A stretch of 47,297 nt of DNA from Alphaproteobacteria bacterium UBA1908. GTDB lineage: Bacteria > Pseudomonadota > Alphaproteobacteria > Caedimonadales > UBA1908. The position numbers were made by a program, and so were the translations under genes. The notes under the pieces are model-generated. The model had not been told where the DNA came from. It saw only the letters and a list, made by a program, of their open reading frames with translations, and made no database searches. Shown piece after piece: positions 9,797 through 21,403 of this stretch (the stretch's first letter is position 1; each line of letters begins with the position of its first letter). Location of the stretch: NCBI GenBank assembly GCA_002337525.1, contig DDGG01000027.1, positions 376-47,672 on the forward strand, written 5' to 3'.

Positions 9797-10424
9797 TGTT
9801 CATATCTTCTTTGAAAGATTAAAAGAGCAAATACCTGTTCCAAAAGGTGAATTAAATTATACCAATCACTACACTCTTTTAGTTGCTGTTGTTTTATCAG
9901 CACAATCAACCGATAAGGGTGTTAATAAAGCAACAAAAGCCCTTTTTGAAAAAGTGACAACCCCCCAGGAGATGCTTGATTTAGGAGAAGACCACTTAAA
10001 AGAACATATAAAAACCATTGGACTTTTTAACTCTAAAGCTAAAAATATCATAGCTTTAAGTCAGATATTGGTGATTTCTCACAAAGGGAAAGTACCCTGC
10101 ACACGAGAAGAGCTTGTTCGTTTACCGGGGGTGGGACGTAAAACAGCAAATGTCGTTTTAAATATGGCCTTTGGTCAGCCAACGATTGCTGTTGATACTC
10201 ACCTTTTCAGAGTTTCCAATCGAACAGGTTTGGCCCCGGGTAAAACGCCTCTTGATGTTGAAAAAAAACTGTTAAAAGCCATCCCTGAAAACTATTTAAA
10301 AGATGCCCATCACTGGCTCATTTTACATGGTCGCTATACTTGCAAGGCTCTTCGCCCTTTATGTGAGTCTTGTCTCGTAAGTGATCTGTGTCAAAAATTT
10401 CAAAATGACAGGAAAAAATTTTAA
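9783..10424 (+). CDS. nth: Endonuclease III
   Basis: LSAQSTD, HhH LPGVGRKTANV, VDTH, [4Fe-4S] motif C-X6-C-X2-C-X5-C. Confidence 0.96.
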   Translation: MTPANVHIFFERLKEQIPVPKGELNYTNHYTLLVAVVLSAQSTDKGVNKATKALFEKVTTPQEMLDLGEDHLKEHIKTIGLFNSKAKNIIALSQILVISHKGKVPCTREELVRLPGVGRKTANVVLNMAFGQPTIAVDTHLFRVSNRTGLAPGKTPLDVEKKLLKAIPENYLKDAHHWLILHGRYTCKALRPLCESCLVSDLCQKFQNDRKKF

Positions 10425-10498
10425 AAAGAAGCTTTCCTCTTTTCTTTCTTAACAGCTTTTGCTTAAATCCTAACGAACTATTTTTTAGGAGTTTTATC

Positions 10499-10990
10499 AT
10501 GCGTCACATTCTTTTACCTTCTTTATTGATTGGCACAATTGCCCTGACAGGTTGCCAAACAACATCATCAGATCCTTATGCTTCTGTAGAGTTACCCCCC
10601 GCACCCACGGCACAAGAGGCTTCGACAAAGCCTGGTGAACGTCCTGTCGTGGATAACACACCGGCTCTCTCGTCGGAGGAATTAGAACGTGTTGCCGCAA
10701 ATTGCCGCGCAGAAATAACACAACTTCATGAACTGCGCCATCAAGTTCCTCGCCCACGCTTACAAGAGTATGCCATGACTCTTGGCATTGCCTCGGACTC
10801 ATGCACGAAACTAACAAACCTTCTCTCCGAAATTCGTCAGGCAACCCACTGGCAAAGGGCTTATCAACTTAACCTTCAACATGCTCAATCAACCGCAGAG
10901 GGTAGTTACGGAACAGATGTGACGCCTCCATCCCAGGTAACTCAGCAATCTAATGTTGTTGTTGAATCAGAACCTCTTGTGATTAACTAG
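10499..10990 (+). CDS. Hypothetical lipoprotein
   Basis: AGGAG RBS, signal peptide with lipobox LTGC, two further Cys. Confidence 0.8.
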   Translation: MRHILLPSLLIGTIALTGCQTTSSDPYASVELPPAPTAQEASTKPGERPVVDNTPALSSEELERVAANCRAEITQLHELRHQVPRPRLQEYAMTLGIASDSCTKLTNLLSEIRQATHWQRAYQLNLQHAQSTAEGSYGTDVTPPSQVTQQSNVVVESEPLVIN

Positions 10991-11001
10991 ACTCATTATG
11001 G

Positions 11002-11029
11002 AAAGGCCGCACTTTTTGTGGCCTTTTTT
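11002..11029 (+). terminator. Rho-independent terminator
   Basis: AAAGGCCGCA-ctttt-TGTGGCCTTT followed by a T run. Confidence 0.7.
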
Positions 11030-11191
11030 AACATTTCTTACGTCGCCTCCTTCTATTTCAAATTGAAACTTGCTGAAAAAGAGAACAAAGAACTCTGTAA
11101 AAAAACACTCCCTTAAGGGAAGACAAAGTTATAAAAATTTGGATTTGCTAAGGGAGCTACTTACGTTGTCAAATAAAAACTATAGGCTAGT

Positions 11192-11716
11192 TTAATTCAA
11201 TTGCCTTAATTTGCTTCGCAGCCGATGTTCTATATTTTCTGAAACAAACTGTGAAACATCCCCCCCCAGTTCGGTAATTTCCTTAATTAAGGTTGAGGAA
11301 ATAAACTGACACCTGTCTGATGCAATCAAAAAAACCGTCTCAACAGAAGGCGACAGACGAGCATTCATTCCTGCCATCTGAAACTCATATTCAAAGTCAG
11401 AAACGGCCCGCAGCCCACGCACAACAAAGTCAGCTTTTTCATCATGGGCAAAGTTTACCAATAACCCAGTAAAAGGTTTAACAACAATGTCCATTTCCAT
11501 ATTAAGAGTTGCAATCTCGTCACGAGTAATCTCAAGACGTTCCTCAAGAGAAAAAAGAGGACGCTTATCCTCATTAGGGGCAATACCTATCACTAAACGA
11601 TCACAAATTTGTCCTGCCCGCGCAACAATATCCAAATGCCCCCGTGTCATAGGATCAAATGTGCCAGGATAAACAGCGGTACGCTTCGTTATCTCCTGGA
11701 ATCCAGAAATTGCCAT
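11192..11716 (-). CDS. coaD: Phosphopantetheine adenylyltransferase
   Basis: YPGTFDP.T.GH, RGLRAVSDFEYE, ISST. Start moved to ATG 11716 (G-rich RBS). Confidence 0.95.
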   Translation of the reverse strand: MAISGFQEITKRTAVYPGTFDPMTRGHLDIVARAGQICDRLVIGIAPNEDKRPLFSLEERLEITRDEIATLNMEMDIVVKPFTGLLVNFAHDEKADFVVRGLRAVSDFEYEFQMAGMNARLSPSVETVFLIASDRCQFISSTLIKEITELGGDVSQFVSENIEHRLRSKLRQLN

Positions 11717-11841
11717 AATTCCCCCCCCTTGTTCTGGATAAGATTTCTCTTTTAAATCCAAGATCATTCTAAGAATGGCGGCCTTAAATCGGCTCTATTA
11801 TTCTGAGAAGTTATGGCCTCAGAAAAAAACTCAAAAATTCT

Positions 11842-14649
11842 TTAATCTGTTAAAGGCGTTTCACTATCAGCGTCCTTCTTAACAGAAGAGACCTCCTGAA
11901 TGTCTTCCTCGTCTTTTCCGACAACAGAATCACCTTCCCGAGAAGATTCTTCAGAATTTTCACCATCCTCGTCTTCATCTTCCGTTTCTTTAACACGTGC
12001 AACCGAGACAACTTTTTCATCCGATCCAACCCGGAAAATAGTCACTCCCTGAGTCACACGCCCTGCAATACGCACATCGTGAATGGGACAGCGGATTAAT
12101 TGCCCACCATCCGTGACCAAAACAAGTTGATCTGCATCTTCAATTGTAAAGAAAGCCACGACCAAACCATTCTTATCGGTTAGATCCATTGCTGTTAGTC
12201 CTTGACCACCTCGCCCTGTCACACGATATTCGTATGCGGATGTCCGCTTGCCAAATCCTTTTTCAGTAATAGAAACAACGAACTGCTCTCCTGCTTCAAG
12301 GGCTTCAAAACGCTCTTTGGAAAGGTCATCAAAATTAATGTCATCACCGGCACGTTTTGCACGAGAAAGGCGAAGATAGGCATCTCTTTCTTCAATCGTA
12401 AAAGTCATATGGTCCAAAACAGACATCGATATAACCTGATCATCACCTGCCAGTCTGATACCTCGAACACCTGTTGATGTTCGCCCTACAAAAACACGCA
12501 CTGCTGTAACCGGGAAACGAATACATTTGCCATGACGCGTTGCAAGCAAAAGATCCTGATCGTCACGACACACACGAACCCCGATCAAGGTCTCTCCCTC
12601 ATCCAGCTTCATCGCAATCTTACCGTTCGCCTTGATGTTCAGGAAGTCTGTTAAAGCATTTCGGCGCACACCACCTTTTGATGTTACGAAGGTAATAAAT
12701 GTCTGAGCCGCCTCTTCAAGATCCTTTGGCAAGGGAAGAATTGTGGAAATTGTTTCACCCTGTTCAAGGGGAAGAACATTAATGAGGGCTTTTCCAAGAG
12801 ATTGTGGAGACCCCAAAGGCAAACGGTAGACTTTAAGTTGATAAGCAATACCGCGGGATGAAAAGAAAAGCACAGACGTATGAGTGTCTGTCACAAAAAC
12901 GTCGCTCACAATATCCTCTTCACGCGTCGACATCCCGGAGCGCCCTTTACCACCACGTCGCTGCGCCCTGTATGTAGCTAACGGAACGCGTTTGATATAT
13001 CCATTCTGACTAACGGTAACAACCATATCTTCCTGTTGGATCAAGTCCTCAAAATCAACATCAGCCCCAGAAGCTTCTATTGTAGTTCGACGTGGCGTTG
13101 CGAATTCTTCTTGAACAAGTCTTAATTCTTCACGCATCACTTCATATAGTCGATCACGAGATCCCAGAATATCAAGGTAGTCACGAATTTCGGCAATAAT
13201 TTCGTCAAGTTCATCGGCGATTTTAGTCCGTTCAAGTCCGGTCAAACGATGTAACTTAAGGTCCAGAATTGCACGCGCTTGCTGTTCTGACAAACGATAC
13301 TGCCCATCTTCAACACTACGTCCTGGTTCTGCAACAAGTTCAATCAACGGACCAACGTCCCCAACACCCCAGGTGCGATCCATGATTTTATTACGCGCAT
13401 CAGAAGGATCAGATGCCCCTTTGATAAGAGCAATCATTTCATCGATATTGGCAACAGCGACAGCCAGGCCTAACAAAACATGGGCACGTGTACGCGCTTT
13501 GGAAAGCTCATAGCGAGTCCGCCGCGTAATCACTTGTTCACGAAATTTGATAAAAGCCGCAATAATATCCTTTAAAGTCATCATTTTGGGCTGGCCTAAA
13601 TCAAGTGCCAGGGTATTAACCCCAAAAGAAGTCTGTAAAGACGAGTAACGGTAAAGCTGATTCAAGACGACATCAGGAACAGCATCTTTTTTAATCTCAA
13701 CAACAACACGAACGCCATCACGGTCTGATTCGTCCCTGATATCTGAAATACCTTCAATCACTTTATCTTTAACGATCTCGGCAATACGTTCTATCATACG
13801 CGCCTTATTAACCTGATAAGGTACTTCTGTAATAACAATTGCTTGACGATCTTTACGGATCTCTTCAAAGTGCGTGCGTCCCCGCATCACAACTGATCCA
13901 CGGCCAGTCTGCGCTGCAGATATGCACCCAGCCCTGCCCAGAATAATCCCGCCTGTGGGAAAATCCGGCCCGGGGACAATTTCCAGCAACTCGTCAACTG
14001 TCACGTCCTGGTTATCGATGTAAGCAAAACAAGCATCAATGACTTCGCCAAGATTATGAGGTGGAATATTTGTGGCCATACCAACAGCAATTCCTCCAGC
14101 CCCATTCACCAAAAGGTTAGGGTAACGAGCAGGAAGCACAATAGGTTCCTGATTTGTCTCATCATAGTTTGGCTGGAAATCGACCGTATCTTTATGGACA
14201 TCATCCAAAAGACAACGTGCCACTTTTTTAAGACGTGCTTCTGTGTAACGTTCTGCTGCTGCCGGGTCACCATCCATTGATCCAAAGTTTCCTTGACCAT
14301 CAATAAGGGGCAGACGCATAGAGAAATCCTGGGCCATCCGAACCATGGCTTCATAAATAGGAGCATTACCATGAGGGTGGAATTTACCCATTACCTCTCC
14401 GGTAACACGCGCAGATTTGCGAAAAGGTTTGTTGAAATCAAAACCGGCTTCGTTCATTGCATAAAGAATACGCCTGTGTACAGGTTTCAGACCATCACGA
14501 ACATCAGGCAACGCTCTTGAAACAATGACACTCATCGCATAATCAAGATAGGAACGTTTCATCTCTGTTTCAAGCGAAACAGGAACAATATCAGACGTCA
14601 TTTTCTCTGCTTCTGAACTCACAGGCACCTCTTCGTTTTGGTTATTCAT
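11842..14649 (-). CDS. gyrA: DNA gyrase subunit A
   Basis: [25 protein letters not shown] catalytic Tyr, GyrA-box QRRGGKG, beta-pinwheel CTD and acidic tail. Confidence 0.98.
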   Translation of the reverse strand: MNNQNEEVPVSSEAEKMTSDIVPVSLETEMKRSYLDYAMSVIVSRALPDVRDGLKPVHRRILYAMNEAGFDFNKPFRKSARVTGEVMGKFHPHGNAPIYEAMVRMAQDFSMRLPLIDGQGNFGSMDGDPAAAERYTEARLKKVARCLLDDVHKDTVDFQPNYDETNQEPIVLPARYPNLLVNGAGGIAVGMATNIPPHNLGEVIDACFAYIDNQDVTVDELLEIVPGPDFPTGGIILGRAGCISAAQTGRGSVVMRGRTHFEEIRKDRQAIVITEVPYQVNKARMIERIAEIVKDKVIEGISDIRDESDRDGVRVVVEIKKDAVPDVVLNQLYRYSSLQTSFGVNTLALDLGQPKMMTLKDIIAAFIKFREQVITRRTRYELSKARTRAHVLLGLAVAVANIDEMIALIKGASDPSDARNKIMDRTWGVGDVGPLIELVAEPGRSVEDGQYRLSEQQARAILDLKLHRLTGLERTKIADELDEIIAEIRDYLDILGSRDRLYEVMREELRLVQEEFATPRRTTIEASGADVDFEDLIQQEDMVVTVSQNGYIKRVPLATYRAQRRGGKGRSGMSTREEDIVSDVFVTDTHTSVLFFSSRGIAYQLKVYRLPLGSPQSLGKALINVLPLEQGETISTILPLPKDLEEAAQTFITFVTSKGGVRRNALTDFLNIKANGKIAMKLDEGETLIGVRVCRDDQDLLLATRHGKCIRFPVTAVRVFVGRTSTGVRGIRLAGDDQVISMSVLDHMTFTIEERDAYLRLSRAKRAGDDINFDDLSKERFEALEAGEQFVVSITEKGFGKRTSAYEYRVTGRGGQGLTAMDLTDKNGLVVAFFTIEDADQLVLVTDGGQLIRCPIHDVRIAGRVTQGVTIFRVGSDEKVVSVARVKETEDEDEDGENSEESSREGDSVVGKDEEDIQEVSSVKKDADSETPLTD

Positions 14650-14673
14650 CGACTTTAGTTTCTTTATGATTTC

Positions 14674-15153
14674 CTAAAATGGAATTTCATCATCCAGGTC
14701 AGTTGCAGGCTCTGCGGTTTGTGATGATCCTCCAAAGCTTTGGGGACCCGCATCATAACTTTGATCCAGCATATCTACAGAATCTCTCGCACCACCATCA
14801 TTGCGGGAATCAAGAAGAGTCAGCTCCCCCCGATAACGTTGAAGAACAACTTCTGTTGTATATTTCTCAACTCCTGACTGGTCCGTCCATTTACGTGTTT
14901 GAAGTTGGCCTTCAAGATAAACTTTTGACCCTTTACGCAAAAATTTCTCTGCAATCTCACCAAGACGGTCGTTAAAAAGAACAACCCGGTGCCATTCAGT
15001 ACGATCGCGACGTTCCCCTGTCGCACGATCTTTCCAACTTTCTGATGTAGCAACAGAAAGATGAACAATTTTGGTACCGTCCTGAGTGTGCCTAACCTCG
15101 GGATCACGACCCAAATTCCCAACTAAAATTACTTTATTGACAGATCCGGCCAT
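14674..15153 (-). CDS. ssb: Single-stranded DNA-binding protein
   Basis: VNKVILVGNLGRDPE, C-terminal DDEIPF. Confidence 0.98.
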   Translation of the reverse strand: MAGSVNKVILVGNLGRDPEVRHTQDGTKIVHLSVATSESWKDRATGERRDRTEWHRVVLFNDRLGEIAEKFLRKGSKVYLEGQLQTRKWTDQSGVEKYTTEVVLQRYRGELTLLDSRNDGGARDSVDMLDQSYDAGPQSFGGSSQTAEPATDLDDEIPF

Positions 15154-15238
15154 TTCTTACCTTTTTTCAAAAAACTAATAGACATAATGTTTATAGGACA
15201 TGTTTAGCCTAAAAACCAGACATGATTGTGTGAAATTA

Positions 15239-16429
15239 TTAAAATAAAAAATACATTCCGGCTGACACAATCAGAATAGAGTAAAAAACCTTGTGGGACA
15301 GGGTTGTTTTAAGATGGTGGTCAATGATTGCAAAAATCGAGAGACCTATCAAAGCTGGATATAAAATTTCCAAAACTTCACCCGTTAAGGCAACCAACTT
15401 TTCAAAACCAATAAGAGATATCGCAAAACACAGAAAATATGCAAGAAAAACACTTACTTTACGAGATATTTTCTCTCGGCAAACATCTTTTTGAACAAAG
15501 TCGGCAAAAAGGCTTGATAAAATAATTAAAGTTGTAAGGCATGCCATAACAATAGTCAGCGCAATAACAGGTAACGCCATTGGTCCCAATGTATGTTTTG
15601 CAATTAAAATCAACATACTTTCAGGATGGTGAGCATCAAGGAAGGGGGCATACGATGCTCCCAGGCTCACAAAACCAACATAGATAAGACCCAATAAAGA
15701 CACGCCTACAAAACTTGCTTTCACAGCTTCCCGGGCAATCAACGTCAGAGGTGCCTTCTTCCCGACATGGGCTCGTAAATATTCCACGACCGTCGCAGAA
15801 AAAAAGAAAGCTGCCAAAAGGTCCATCGTCTGGTACCCCTGGTGCAATCCTGCATTAAAAGACTGGAAAGAAGTAAGAGAAGAATTTTTTGCAACAGGCG
15901 CATAATAAATCCCTACGGCAAGAATTAAAACAATGCCCAACAATAAAAAAGGAGTTAAATATCTGCCTATAATCCTGACAACACGTTGACGGTTAAGAGT
16001 CATCAACGCAGCCAACAAACAGAAAACAGCACTAAATAAAGTTAAGGATAAATTTGGAAGAAGGAGTTCTATACTGCCATAAGAAACCAGAACACATCTT
16101 GCACAAACTCCGAAAGGACCCAAAATTGACAAGATCAGAAAAGTCACAATAAAGGCTGGCACACGACCCAGTTTGGCAAAAAATGCCTGGCGAGATCCAC
16201 CTGCATAAATAAGGGCCAGTAAACCTAAAAAAGGAACAAGAGTTCCCGTTAATAAAAGCCCCAAAGCCGCACCAAGACAATTATCCAGGGTCGTGTATCC
16301 AATAGACAGGGGAAAAACCAGATTCCCGGATCCGAAAAACATCGAAAACATGGCAAAGCCAGCGGTTAGAAAAACCCACTTTCGGGTTATTTGTGATTCG
16401 TCATCTGTCATTTTTAACTTTTTATGCAC
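15239..16429 (-). CDS. brnQ: Branched-chain amino acid:cation symporter
   Basis: FSMFFGSGNLVFP, GYQTMDLLAAFFF, ACLTT, LYP. Confidence 0.9.
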   Translation of the reverse strand: MHKKLKMTDDESQITRKWVFLTAGFAMFSMFFGSGNLVFPLSIGYTTLDNCLGAALGLLLTGTLVPFLGLLALIYAGGSRQAFFAKLGRVPAFIVTFLILSILGPFGVCARCVLVSYGSIELLLPNLSLTLFSAVFCLLAALMTLNRQRVVRIIGRYLTPFLLLGIVLILAVGIYYAPVAKNSSLTSFQSFNAGLHQGYQTMDLLAAFFFSATVVEYLRAHVGKKAPLTLIAREAVKASFVGVSLLGLIYVGFVSLGASYAPFLDAHHPESMLILIAKHTLGPMALPVIALTIVMACLTTLIILSSLFADFVQKDVCREKISRKVSVFLAYFLCFAISLIGFEKLVALTGEVLEILYPALIGLSIFAIIDHHLKTTLSHKVFYSILIVSAGMYFLF

Positions 16430-16506
16430 TCTGTAAAATAGTATTTATCACGATAGCTTGATGGTCATAAATATGGTGATAACTGGTAAGTCATCTAAAG
16501 CATCTC

Positions 16507-17169
16507 TTAAATTGATACACCTGCTTCTTGCCAAGCCATATACAGGATTCGAAACGCCAAAAGAATTAGAATGACTCCGGCTCCCTGGTCAAGATAGTGC
16601 CCTAATTTTTTAAAGCCTCCACGAATAACAGGGACCGAAAAAAGAAAAGCAACGGATAAAAACCAGACAAGGGATATCATTAACACCTCCGCCATAAAAA
16701 ACCCTTGTATAAAGAGAGGGGTTTCTTCCTTAATCACGGTTGAAAAAATAGATAGAAAGAGGACAAGGACCATAGGATTCGTGACATTAGTCACAAAACC
16801 CATTCGCCAGGAATAAAAAGCCGAGACCTGACTTTCTTCTTTTTCAAACGAGTAGTTATCAGTATTCTTTTTTGCTGTCACTATGGCCCGCCACCCCACA
16901 TAAAGAAGGTAACACGCCCCAACAACACGGATACCATTAAAAAGGACAGGTGTTTCCTTAATTAAGACCCCTAAACCAAAAAGAGTATACGTTGCGTGGA
17001 CCAAAATACCCGAGGACGTTCCAAGAGCAGCAAAAATACCATTACGTTTTGAATACGACAAAGTATTTCGTAATATCATAACCAGGTCCGGTCCCGGGCT
17101 CATCACAGCAATCAGATGAACCCCCGCAATATAGGCAATATCAATCCAATAAGGTGTAAGATCAATCAT
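16507..17169 (-). CDS. LysE/RhtB family exporter
   Basis: SPGPD, GA.YL.YVG, TN..NP. Confidence 0.92.
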   Translation of the reverse strand: MIDLTPYWIDIAYIAGVHLIAVMSPGPDLVMILRNTLSYSKRNGIFAALGTSSGILVHATYTLFGLGVLIKETPVLFNGIRVVGACYLLYVGWRAIVTAKKNTDNYSFEKEESQVSAFYSWRMGFVTNVTNPMVLVLFLSIFSTVIKEETPLFIQGFFMAEVLMISLVWFLSVAFLFSVPVIRGGFKKLGHYLDQGAGVILILLAFRILYMAWQEAGVSI

Positions 17170-17446
17170 AAAGGTGTTCTACTTAAGTTTTAAACAGTCT
17201 GTACCATACCTTTTTTCGTGACCGGAAGGAAGAGAGGTTTTTGTTATTCCTGATTTTTATCAGGTACTATTTGGAAATGATATAGACCTGGCCCCCTTTT
17301 TCTTAACAAGATGCAACACTAAAAAAGCTGCCCCATAAAATAAAAATCCCTCTTAAGATCAACGATGAATAAAGAAATCCTAATTTTGATTGAAATAGCC
17401 TTTTTCACTTTTTTCCTGGACTCTAACGCTTGTTTCACAGGCATTG

Positions 17447-17479
17447 GATGACAAAAAAGAGGTCTTCCTTTTTGTCATC
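17447..17479. terminator. Inverted repeat downstream of flgE (probable terminator)
   Basis: GATGACAAAAA ... TTTTTGTCATC. Confidence 0.55.
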
Positions 17480-17521
17480 TGGAATGGGGTTTTCCTAGAA
17501 AAGCCCTATTGCCTTTAAAGA

Positions 17522-18808
17522 TCAGGTTTTGATTGACATCAGACTGTCAAACATTGTTTTCTTCGTTGAGATAGAGCGTGTATTGGCAACATAGTGATTT
17601 TGTAGCTCGATCAAATCTGTCATTTTTTCGGCAATATCAACTGTCGATTTTTCCAGGGCATTAGAAACAATTTTTCCAAGCCCCCCCGCTTTTGGAAGAT
17701 CCAGAACATAGGTTCCCGAGAGATCAGTCTGAATCCAGGAGTTTCCTGTCTGGGACTCCAGCCGATCGGGGGCCGCAAAGTTGGCAAGGGCGACACGAGC
17801 AATTTTAAGTTCCTGACCATTACTGTAAATAGCCGAAACAATCCCGTCTTCGTTAATATTAACACTTCGAAATGTTCCGAATTCACGACCATCCTGATCA
17901 ATTGTAGGCGCAGAGAACTGACCTGCCCGGCTGGTTAATCCTTCATTTGACCCCACAGATCCGAAATGAAGACTGATTGTTGTATTATTCGCATTCGTCA
18001 CAGCATTATCCCAGTCAATGACAAGATCTTCTAAAGCACCGACTCCATCAAAACTTGCAGGCTGACCATTGCCATCAAAAACAACCGTTAGAGGGGTGGC
18101 TCCATTATAAGGCGTTCCAGCTGTCGCACGTGTAATATTGGCATCAGGGGCATCTGGACAACTAATAGATCCCGTCCACGTTGCTGGCGCAATCGCTGTT
18201 TTAGTCCAGGTAATCGTCAGGTTGTGACGCGCTCCCAGAGAATCGAAAACAGGGACAACTGTCTCACGCGCCTCGCCAACAGGGTCTGTCGATGGCAAGT
18301 TAAGTTGCAATGAAATATTCTCTGTCGCCTTGGCCAGTCCACTAACCTTGCTGACATTAACAGTTGTCAAGGATGCCAGATCACTGATTGAAACACCCGC
18401 CGGGACATTTCCATTCTCATCAGTTCTCCATCCTTGCAGATAGTTACCACTCACATTCACCAAGTCTCCCCGCTTGTTAGGATAGAAATGACCGGCCCGC
18501 GTATATTCAATTTCCTGCACATCGGGTTTACGGCTCGTGACAAAGAAACCGTTCCCCGCAATAGCAAGGTGTGTCGCAGAGTTTGACGTTTCCAAAACAC
18601 CCTGAGCAGAGACATTCTGGACAATACTTGATAAAACACCTCCGGAAGAAAAGTCATTTCCCTGGCCCGTTACAAGTGTCAGAAAATAGGAATTTGACTC
18701 CTTGTATCCATGGGTTTGAGCGTTAGCAATCGCGTCAGATACTGTCCCTGTTGCAGCCGAGTTCGACCTTAAAGCAGATGTATTATCGGCAAAACTTAAT
18801 CCTGGCAT
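17522..18808 (-). CDS. flgE: Flagellar hook protein
   Basis: IAN..T.GYK, LAI.GNGFF, YTRAG.F, FDSLG..H, LE.S.VDIA..MT.LI..Q..Y.AN. Confidence 0.95.
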   Translation of the reverse strand: MPGLSFADNTSALRSNSAATGTVSDAIANAQTHGYKESNSYFLTLVTGQGNDFSSGGVLSSIVQNVSAQGVLETSNSATHLAIAGNGFFVTSRKPDVQEIEYTRAGHFYPNKRGDLVNVSGNYLQGWRTDENGNVPAGVSISDLASLTTVNVSKVSGLAKATENISLQLNLPSTDPVGEARETVVPVFDSLGARHNLTITWTKTAIAPATWTGSISCPDAPDANITRATAGTPYNGATPLTVVFDGNGQPASFDGVGALEDLVIDWDNAVTNANNTTISLHFGSVGSNEGLTSRAGQFSAPTIDQDGREFGTFRSVNINEDGIVSAIYSNGQELKIARVALANFAAPDRLESQTGNSWIQTDLSGTYVLDLPKAGGLGKIVSNALEKSTVDIAEKMTDLIELQNHYVANTRSISTKKTMFDSLMSIKT

Positions 18809-18854
18809 TTTACTCTCCTTATTCTTTCAATAAATTGTATTGTTTCTTTTAAAA

Positions 18855-19766
18855 TTAAAGATGCAGATCTTCTTCCCCTATCGATCTTCTCGCCTGGTCC
18901 TCCAGGGCTTGTGCAAGTGAGCCAGCTTGACCCTCCCGATCATCTGCTGTTTTTCTCAGAAGCTCCCCGGAAAGACCTAATTTTTCCTGGTAAATTTGGG
19001 CACTCTGAACGCTGATAAGATCTGTCATATCGTAATGTTGCCCCGCGATAGCATAACGAGGTTTTCCACCTTTTAAATCGCTTCCGCTTACACGACCCAT
19101 CACAGTTGTTGTTGCCGCCAGAGGTTCCCCTTTTGTATCACGCAGAATATCGCCATCTGCCCCGACAAGGCTGACCCTGAATTTATACTTGCCGGGTCTG
19201 ACTGCTTGTCCTTCATTATCTCTTCCATCCCAAACCAGACCATGGAACCCATCACCTGTTGTCTCGACTTCCCCTTCAATAATTCGAACAACATGGTCTT
19301 TGCTATCCGTAATGATATAAGACGCTTTTTCTGTTTCAGGAGGGGCATAAAACCCTAGCTCAACTTGCTCATGAGGCGAGTACATAAACTCGTCCCCCTT
19401 AATCTTAACCAAATTATCAAGGTTTTGAGCCGCCTGCAGCATTTTCGACACTTCTGAGCTTGCTGACATTTTTTGCAAGATCTCCTTAACTTCAACAATC
19501 CCCTGGGTTTGAGCCACAATCGAAAATTGTTGAGACATATCTTTAACATCCATAGGGTTTGTGGGATCCTGATTTTTTAAGGTTGCACACAAAAGACGCA
19601 AAGAATCCTCAAAATTACCCAGTACAGATTCAGAAGAAATCCCTTCTGGCGCTGCTCCAAAATCATTATCATAGGCTTTTTGGGCATTAATTTCAGACAT
19701 TGCTTTTTCATATCGAGGATCCACAATATCACTTAATCGGCGATCTACTGCGTTTACTGATGGCAT
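18855..19766 (-). CDS. flgD: Flagellar hook capping protein
   Basis: LL.A.LKNQDPTNPMD, WDGRD..G....G.Y. Start moved to ATG 19766 (GGAG RBS). Confidence 0.92.
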   Translation of the reverse strand: MPSVNAVDRRLSDIVDPRYEKAMSEINAQKAYDNDFGAAPEGISSESVLGNFEDSLRLLCATLKNQDPTNPMDVKDMSQQFSIVAQTQGIVEVKEILQKMSASSEVSKMLQAAQNLDNLVKIKGDEFMYSPHEQVELGFYAPPETEKASYIITDSKDHVVRIIEGEVETTGDGFHGLVWDGRDNEGQAVRPGKYKFRVSLVGADGDILRDTKGEPLAATTTVMGRVSGSDLKGGKPRYAIAGQHYDMTDLISVQSAQIYQEKLGLSGELLRKTADDREGQAGSLAQALEDQARRSIGEEDLHL

Positions 19767-19776
19767 TTCCTGTCTC

Positions 19777-21348
19777 CTAAGCCAAGGTATCGAGCACTCG
19801 GCTCGCATCAAGTTGTTGTACGAGGTTTAGTTTTGCAAGGTCTGTGCCAACTTCACCAGAATCACCATCTTCCGGGGATTTAAAAAGCGCATTACCCTTG
19901 TCCTGAAAGGTTTTTTCAGAGTCCTGGCTTTGATCCTGAAGATCAAAAGTCATCCCTTCCCTTCCAACATCAAAAGCCTCTGCAATCACTTGCTTCAGGG
20001 TTGATGCCTCTCGATTAAACAGCTCAAAGGCTTCAGACTTCTCTGTCTTGACCACAGCATCGACTCGCCCTTCGGCTGTTAAACGCACTTCAACATCAAT
20101 ACGCCCCAAATTTTCCGGCATAAGACGAAGCGACAGGGTCCCGGGTTTGGTCCGTGTTGGCTCTGAAAAATTCATGGCAATAAATTTGGGGGATTCTGGC
20201 GTGCCGTTTCCAGAAGCATGAAAAACTGGTTTTTCAAGATTTCTCCCTGAAACGACTAAAGCATCTCTGAAACGCAGACCTGAAAAAGAATGTTCGCCCC
20301 CCTGTTCTGTTTCCAACACAGTTGTTTCAAAAGAGGGTTCCTGTGAAAAAGAAGAGGCTTCTCTTCTGGAAGACGCAGAAAATGCATCACCCCTAACACG
20401 CTTCGCTTGAGGGTCAAAAAAAACAGTATTTTTTTTGACTTTCTCCTCTTCTGGGCTCATTGCCAGTTTTTTGGTCCCCTTATAGGATTTGTCTTGGGAC
20501 ACACTACCGTCAGTTTCTGCAAGAGGCCGCGCCGACATTTCTGATAGAATTAGGGGGTCTGATGTTTGAACCTGATGAAGTTTTCCTCCAAGATTAATAT
20601 ACTCTGTTTCCACACCCTGGTTAGGAAGAACAACAAAACGCACTTTATCAGCTTTAAAATGAGCAGGCACCTTTTCTTCCCCGTTCGATAAACTTTCATG
20701 TTGAATAGGTTCGTGCAAAGAACTTGCTGATTTCCTTTTTTCTATAAAAGCCTCGGTATGGCCCTCCTTTTCTAATTTTGCAGAAAGGGCTGGCGAGAAC
20801 TCGTTTTCAATACGAGTTGCATGTTGAAAACCGGATATACTTTGAAAGTGAAAAGGCTGAAAACCAGGCATACCCGACTTAAAAACATTTTCATCCTCAA
20901 AATCCAAATGTTTTACTCTCGCTCCCTCCTGTGCTTCCGCGTTCCCAATAGTCTCTTGCTGACCTTTCATCAAAGCCCTTAAATCAGATTCCGCCAAACT
21001 TTGGAGGGAACTTTCCCTCATCGATACAGGAGAAGTTGATATTTTCTTGTCAATTCTTCCAGAACTTAACTCTGGTCGCGCTCCCTGTTCAGGTAAATCT
21101 GGATTCTTTAAAAGTCGCTTTGAACCAGCTTTTTGTTCATCCCTACAGTCCCCTTCCAAAACAACATTTTTCTGAAGTGAAGTCAGCCTGGAATCAACGT
21201 CTGTTAATAATGCCTGAAAAAGTAAACCTTCAGGTATTGTGTCTCCTTCAAAAAAAGCGGCATCAGATTGGCATTCCGCCTCTTTATTTTTTGAAGCAGG
21301 CACCCCTTCAACTCCTTTTAAAAGAGGGGGAGACATTAAAGTTTCCAT
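19777..21348 (-). CDS. fliK: Flagellar hook-length control protein
   Basis: Low-complexity N-terminus, C-terminal LRL.PENLGRIDV motif, position upstream of flgD-flgE. Confidence 0.85.
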   Translation of the reverse strand: METLMSPPLLKGVEGVPASKNKEAECQSDAAFFEGDTIPEGLLFQALLTDVDSRLTSLQKNVVLEGDCRDEQKAGSKRLLKNPDLPEQGARPELSSGRIDKKISTSPVSMRESSLQSLAESDLRALMKGQQETIGNAEAQEGARVKHLDFEDENVFKSGMPGFQPFHFQSISGFQHATRIENEFSPALSAKLEKEGHTEAFIEKRKSASSLHEPIQHESLSNGEEKVPAHFKADKVRFVVLPNQGVETEYINLGGKLHQVQTSDPLILSEMSARPLAETDGSVSQDKSYKGTKKLAMSPEEEKVKKNTVFFDPQAKRVRGDAFSASSRREASSFSQEPSFETTVLETEQGGEHSFSGLRFRDALVVSGRNLEKPVFHASGNGTPESPKFIAMNFSEPTRTKPGTLSLRLMPENLGRIDVEVRLTAEGRVDAVVKTEKSEAFELFNREASTLKQVIAEAFDVGREGMTFDLQDQSQDSEKTFQDKGNALFKSPEDGDSGEVGTDLAKLNLVQQLDASRVLDTLA

Positions 21349-21386
21349 TTCTGGCCATCTTGTTACTATTTATCTGCAAGAAGCAA

Positions 21387-21403
21387 TGCAATTTGAATGC
21401 CAA
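21387..21403 (-). promoter_or_regulatory. Sigma54 (-24/-12) promoter of fliK-flgD-flgE
   Basis: Minus strand TTGGCAT-TCAAA-TTGCA, about 40 nt upstream of the fliK ATG. Confidence 0.8.
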
